From the NCBI RefSeq assembly GCF_009914755.1, contig NC_060939.1: a stretch of DNA of 64,000 bases; one strand, given 5' to 3'. Origin of the DNA: the human T2T-CHM13v2.0 reference genome, Homo sapiens. The translations under genes were made by a program, and so were the position numbers. The notes beneath the pieces were generated by a model. The model saw only the letters and a program-made list of their open reading frames with translations. It was not told the DNA's origin and did no database searches. The first letter of the stretch is position 1. Every line of letters starts with the position of its first letter. This document shows positions 61,701 through 64,000 of the stretch, one piece after another.

Positions 61701-61824
61701 GCAAGTCCAGGATTTTTTTCACCAGAGGACATTGCTTGGTCCCCAGAGCTCAGGACCCTGTGTTTTGTCTCACTCCCACCCACAGAGCTCCTGTATCCAG
61801 GCATCAACTCCAACTCCCACTCCT

Positions 61825-62089
61825 GGAGGCCGAGGCAGGAGGATCACTTGAGCCCAGGAGTTCGAGACCAGCCTGGGCCACATAGTGAGACCTTGTCTCC
61901 ACACAAAAATTTTAAAAATAGCTGGGCTTGGTGGTGGCATGTGCCTGTAGTCCTAGCTACTCGAGAGGCTGACGTTGGAGGATCACTTTGAGCCCAGGAG
62001 GTGGAGGCTGCAGTGAGCAGTCATCACTGTACTCCAGCCTGGTGACAGAGCGAGACCCTATCACCGCCCCCCGCCCCACCAAAAAAAAA
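61825..62089 (+). mobile_element. 5'-truncated AluJ-like element
   Basis: Starts abruptly at ggaggccgaggcaggagg; C-rich insert before the A tail. Confidence 0.85.
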
Positions 62090-62371
62090 CTGAGTAGACA
62101 GGTGTCCTCTTGGCATGATAGGTCTTAAGTCCCCTCCCAGATCTGTGACATTTGACAGGTGTCTTTTCCTCTGGACCTCGGTGTCCCCATCTGAGTGAGA
62201 AAAGGCAGTGGGGAGGTGGATCTTCCAGTCGAAGCGGTATAGAAGCCCGTGTGAAAAGCCATACTCCAAGGGGCTCCAAGTCCAGCGCACAGTCCCAGAA
62301 GGGCCCAGCAAGGCAGCCAGGGCGGCACAGGCACCAGGTCCCAACCTTCTTCCCTGTTTGCCCACTCTCAG

Positions 62372-62613
62372 ACCCCGGAGTTCATCATCTCGGAGCCGCT
62401 GGCCAATATGTACTCATGTGGGAACCAGAACACACTGATGGAGGAGTTGGCAGAGCAGGCACAGCAGCACGACGAGATGCTGCACATGCACCACGCGCTG
62501 AAGGAGGCGCTCAGCATCATCGGTGACATCAACAGGACCACTGTCACCATGCCCATGCCCCCGCCCGTGGACGACACCTGGTTGCAGGTGCAGAGCATCC
62601 CTGACGCACACAG
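62372..62613 (+). pseudogene. DNM1P: Dynamin-1 pseudogene fragment, GED exon
   Basis: ctcag|ACC..CAG|gtacca, 242 nt; [53 protein letters not shown] matches the DNM1 GED. Confidence 0.95.
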
Positions 62614-62912
62614 GTACCAGAGACTGCCCCCCACGGCCCCAAAATCCCCCACCCGGGATGCCCAGAGGAGTGCCCTGGGGGCAAGTGGCACACCCCCTCA
62701 CCGGGGTGGCTCCCACCTGGAGTGACGGGGGGAGCTTGACAAGGAGCACTGGCTGCAGGGGGGTGGGGGGTGGGATGTTCTCGCTGCTGGGGGCGGGGCT
62801 TAAGCTCCGGCAACCGCCTTGGGGTGTGGCAGGGAGGAGCTTCGGTGCATGGGTGTGGCCGGCACTGCGCTGGGGCGGGGCCGCCCATCTCTCCCCTCCC
62901 TGTGCCTCCCAG

Positions 62913-63134
62913 GTCGCCCAAGTCCAGCGCCAGGATGCCCAGGCCCTGCCATGTCCCTAGCCCGGCCTGGGTGGCAGGGCCCAGCTCCTGGGCGGCAGGA
63001 CCCAGCTCCTGGGCTTCCTCCTGCTGGGTCCGCCCTTGGGGAAGTGTGCCCCATACCCTCCAGGCCAGAGGCTTCCCCTGATCCCTTTGGGCCCTACCCC
63101 CCTGGTGCTCTTGTGCCCCAGCCGGGGTCCCCAG
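62913..63134 (+). pseudogene. DNM1P: Dynamin-1 pseudogene fragment, proline-rich-domain exon
   Basis: cccag|GTCGCCC..CCCAG|gtaagt; [27 protein letters not shown] matches the DNM1 PRD; frameshift and 21-bp duplication. Confidence 0.92.
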
Positions 63135-64000
63135 GTAAGTAGGGGCTGAATGCAGCCAAAGAGGCCGCTGGACAGGCGTGGCCAGGAAGGAAATGGGACT
63201 GGATTCCAGAGCACCACATCTGGCCGCCAGAACTGGCCGTCTCCATCCAAGGCACTGGGACCATGGGTGCCGGAGCCACGTGTGGCCGAGGGCTGGCAGA
63301 GCCTGCCCCCCAGGGATCACTGAGTCCTGGAGGTGGTCGTTTTTGAGGAGGGGGCTGTGGGGCTCGTCCCACCTGCCGCCTTCTGTCCAGCACTTGCATG
63401 ACACTTCCCTCTATTTTCACTCTTGGCGGCTGCCCACACTTTGCATTTCTCTTCCTTTCTTCTCGCTGTCCTCCATCCTCCATTCCGTCCAACTCCTAGC
63501 CCAGTCCCGGGGGCGCCTACTTCAGGTCTGAGAGTCTGAACTCCGAGATGCTCTGGGTGTGTGGATTTCCTTCAGCTACCCTGATGTCCCCAATTCCAAG
63601 TCCTGACTCCTTTGAGCCATCCCAGGGGGTGTCCGGCCACTGGACCACAGGAGCAGAGGCGAGTCTGTGACTGTGTGACCAGCAAGGTGTGTGATGTGTG
63701 CGTGAGCGAGCACACGAGTGTAAAGAATGGCACCCAGACCTGAGCTAGGACAGAGGGAGCCTGGGGGCCACAGGCAAGCTCATTTCTTCTCCACACCCCT
63801 CCCCGCCCGACCCTGTCTAAACTAATGGGGTAGTGGTAGCCGCAAGGGCAGGGATGGGAGTGGCTGAAGCCTACTTCACTCCCAAAGATTTCTAAGGAAA
63901 ATGGTTCTACTGCATCCTTTGGCTGGGCCTTGTTGACCCGTGACCCTCTTTCAAGAACATTCACTCTGATTTCCAGTGTGCCGTCTCCACTGGCCACGTT

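Noticed and set aside
63499-63531. Possible small alternative DNM1 C-terminal exon after a long pyrimidine tract
   Set aside because: Could not match it confidently to a known dynamin-1 tail without an alignment

Overview
This is primate (human-like) genomic DNA with no intact protein-coding gene, RNA gene or CRISPR array. Bases ~1-40,900 are AT-rich intergenic sequence made mostly of nested transposon fossils: two old L1 copies, about 40 Alus, MaLR/ERV LTRs (MLT1, MST, MER21, MER41, MER11, LTR14, LTR18), hAT DNA-transposon remnants, and a processed NIFK (MKI67IP) pseudogene inserted into the middle of an Alu. From ~40,900 the window is a segmental-duplication mosaic of three unprocessed gene fragments, all on the + strand with intact GT-AG sites: one UBE2Q2 exon, CSPG4 exons 2-8, and two DNM1 exons (GED/proline-rich region). 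This module is typical of the chromosome 15q24-25 GOLGA-associated duplicons. From memory, the NIFK-retrocopy plus CSPG4P arrangement fits the 15q25.3 CSPG4P12 locus; this was not verified. The best leads are the splice-compatible chimera with a new-ATG GED mini-ORF, a 39-bp-stem hairpin, a candidate minus-strand lncRNA, and several mechanistic insertion fossils. Repeat subfamily names and parent-gene comparisons come from recognising consensus sequences by eye, and repeat boundaries are approximate.
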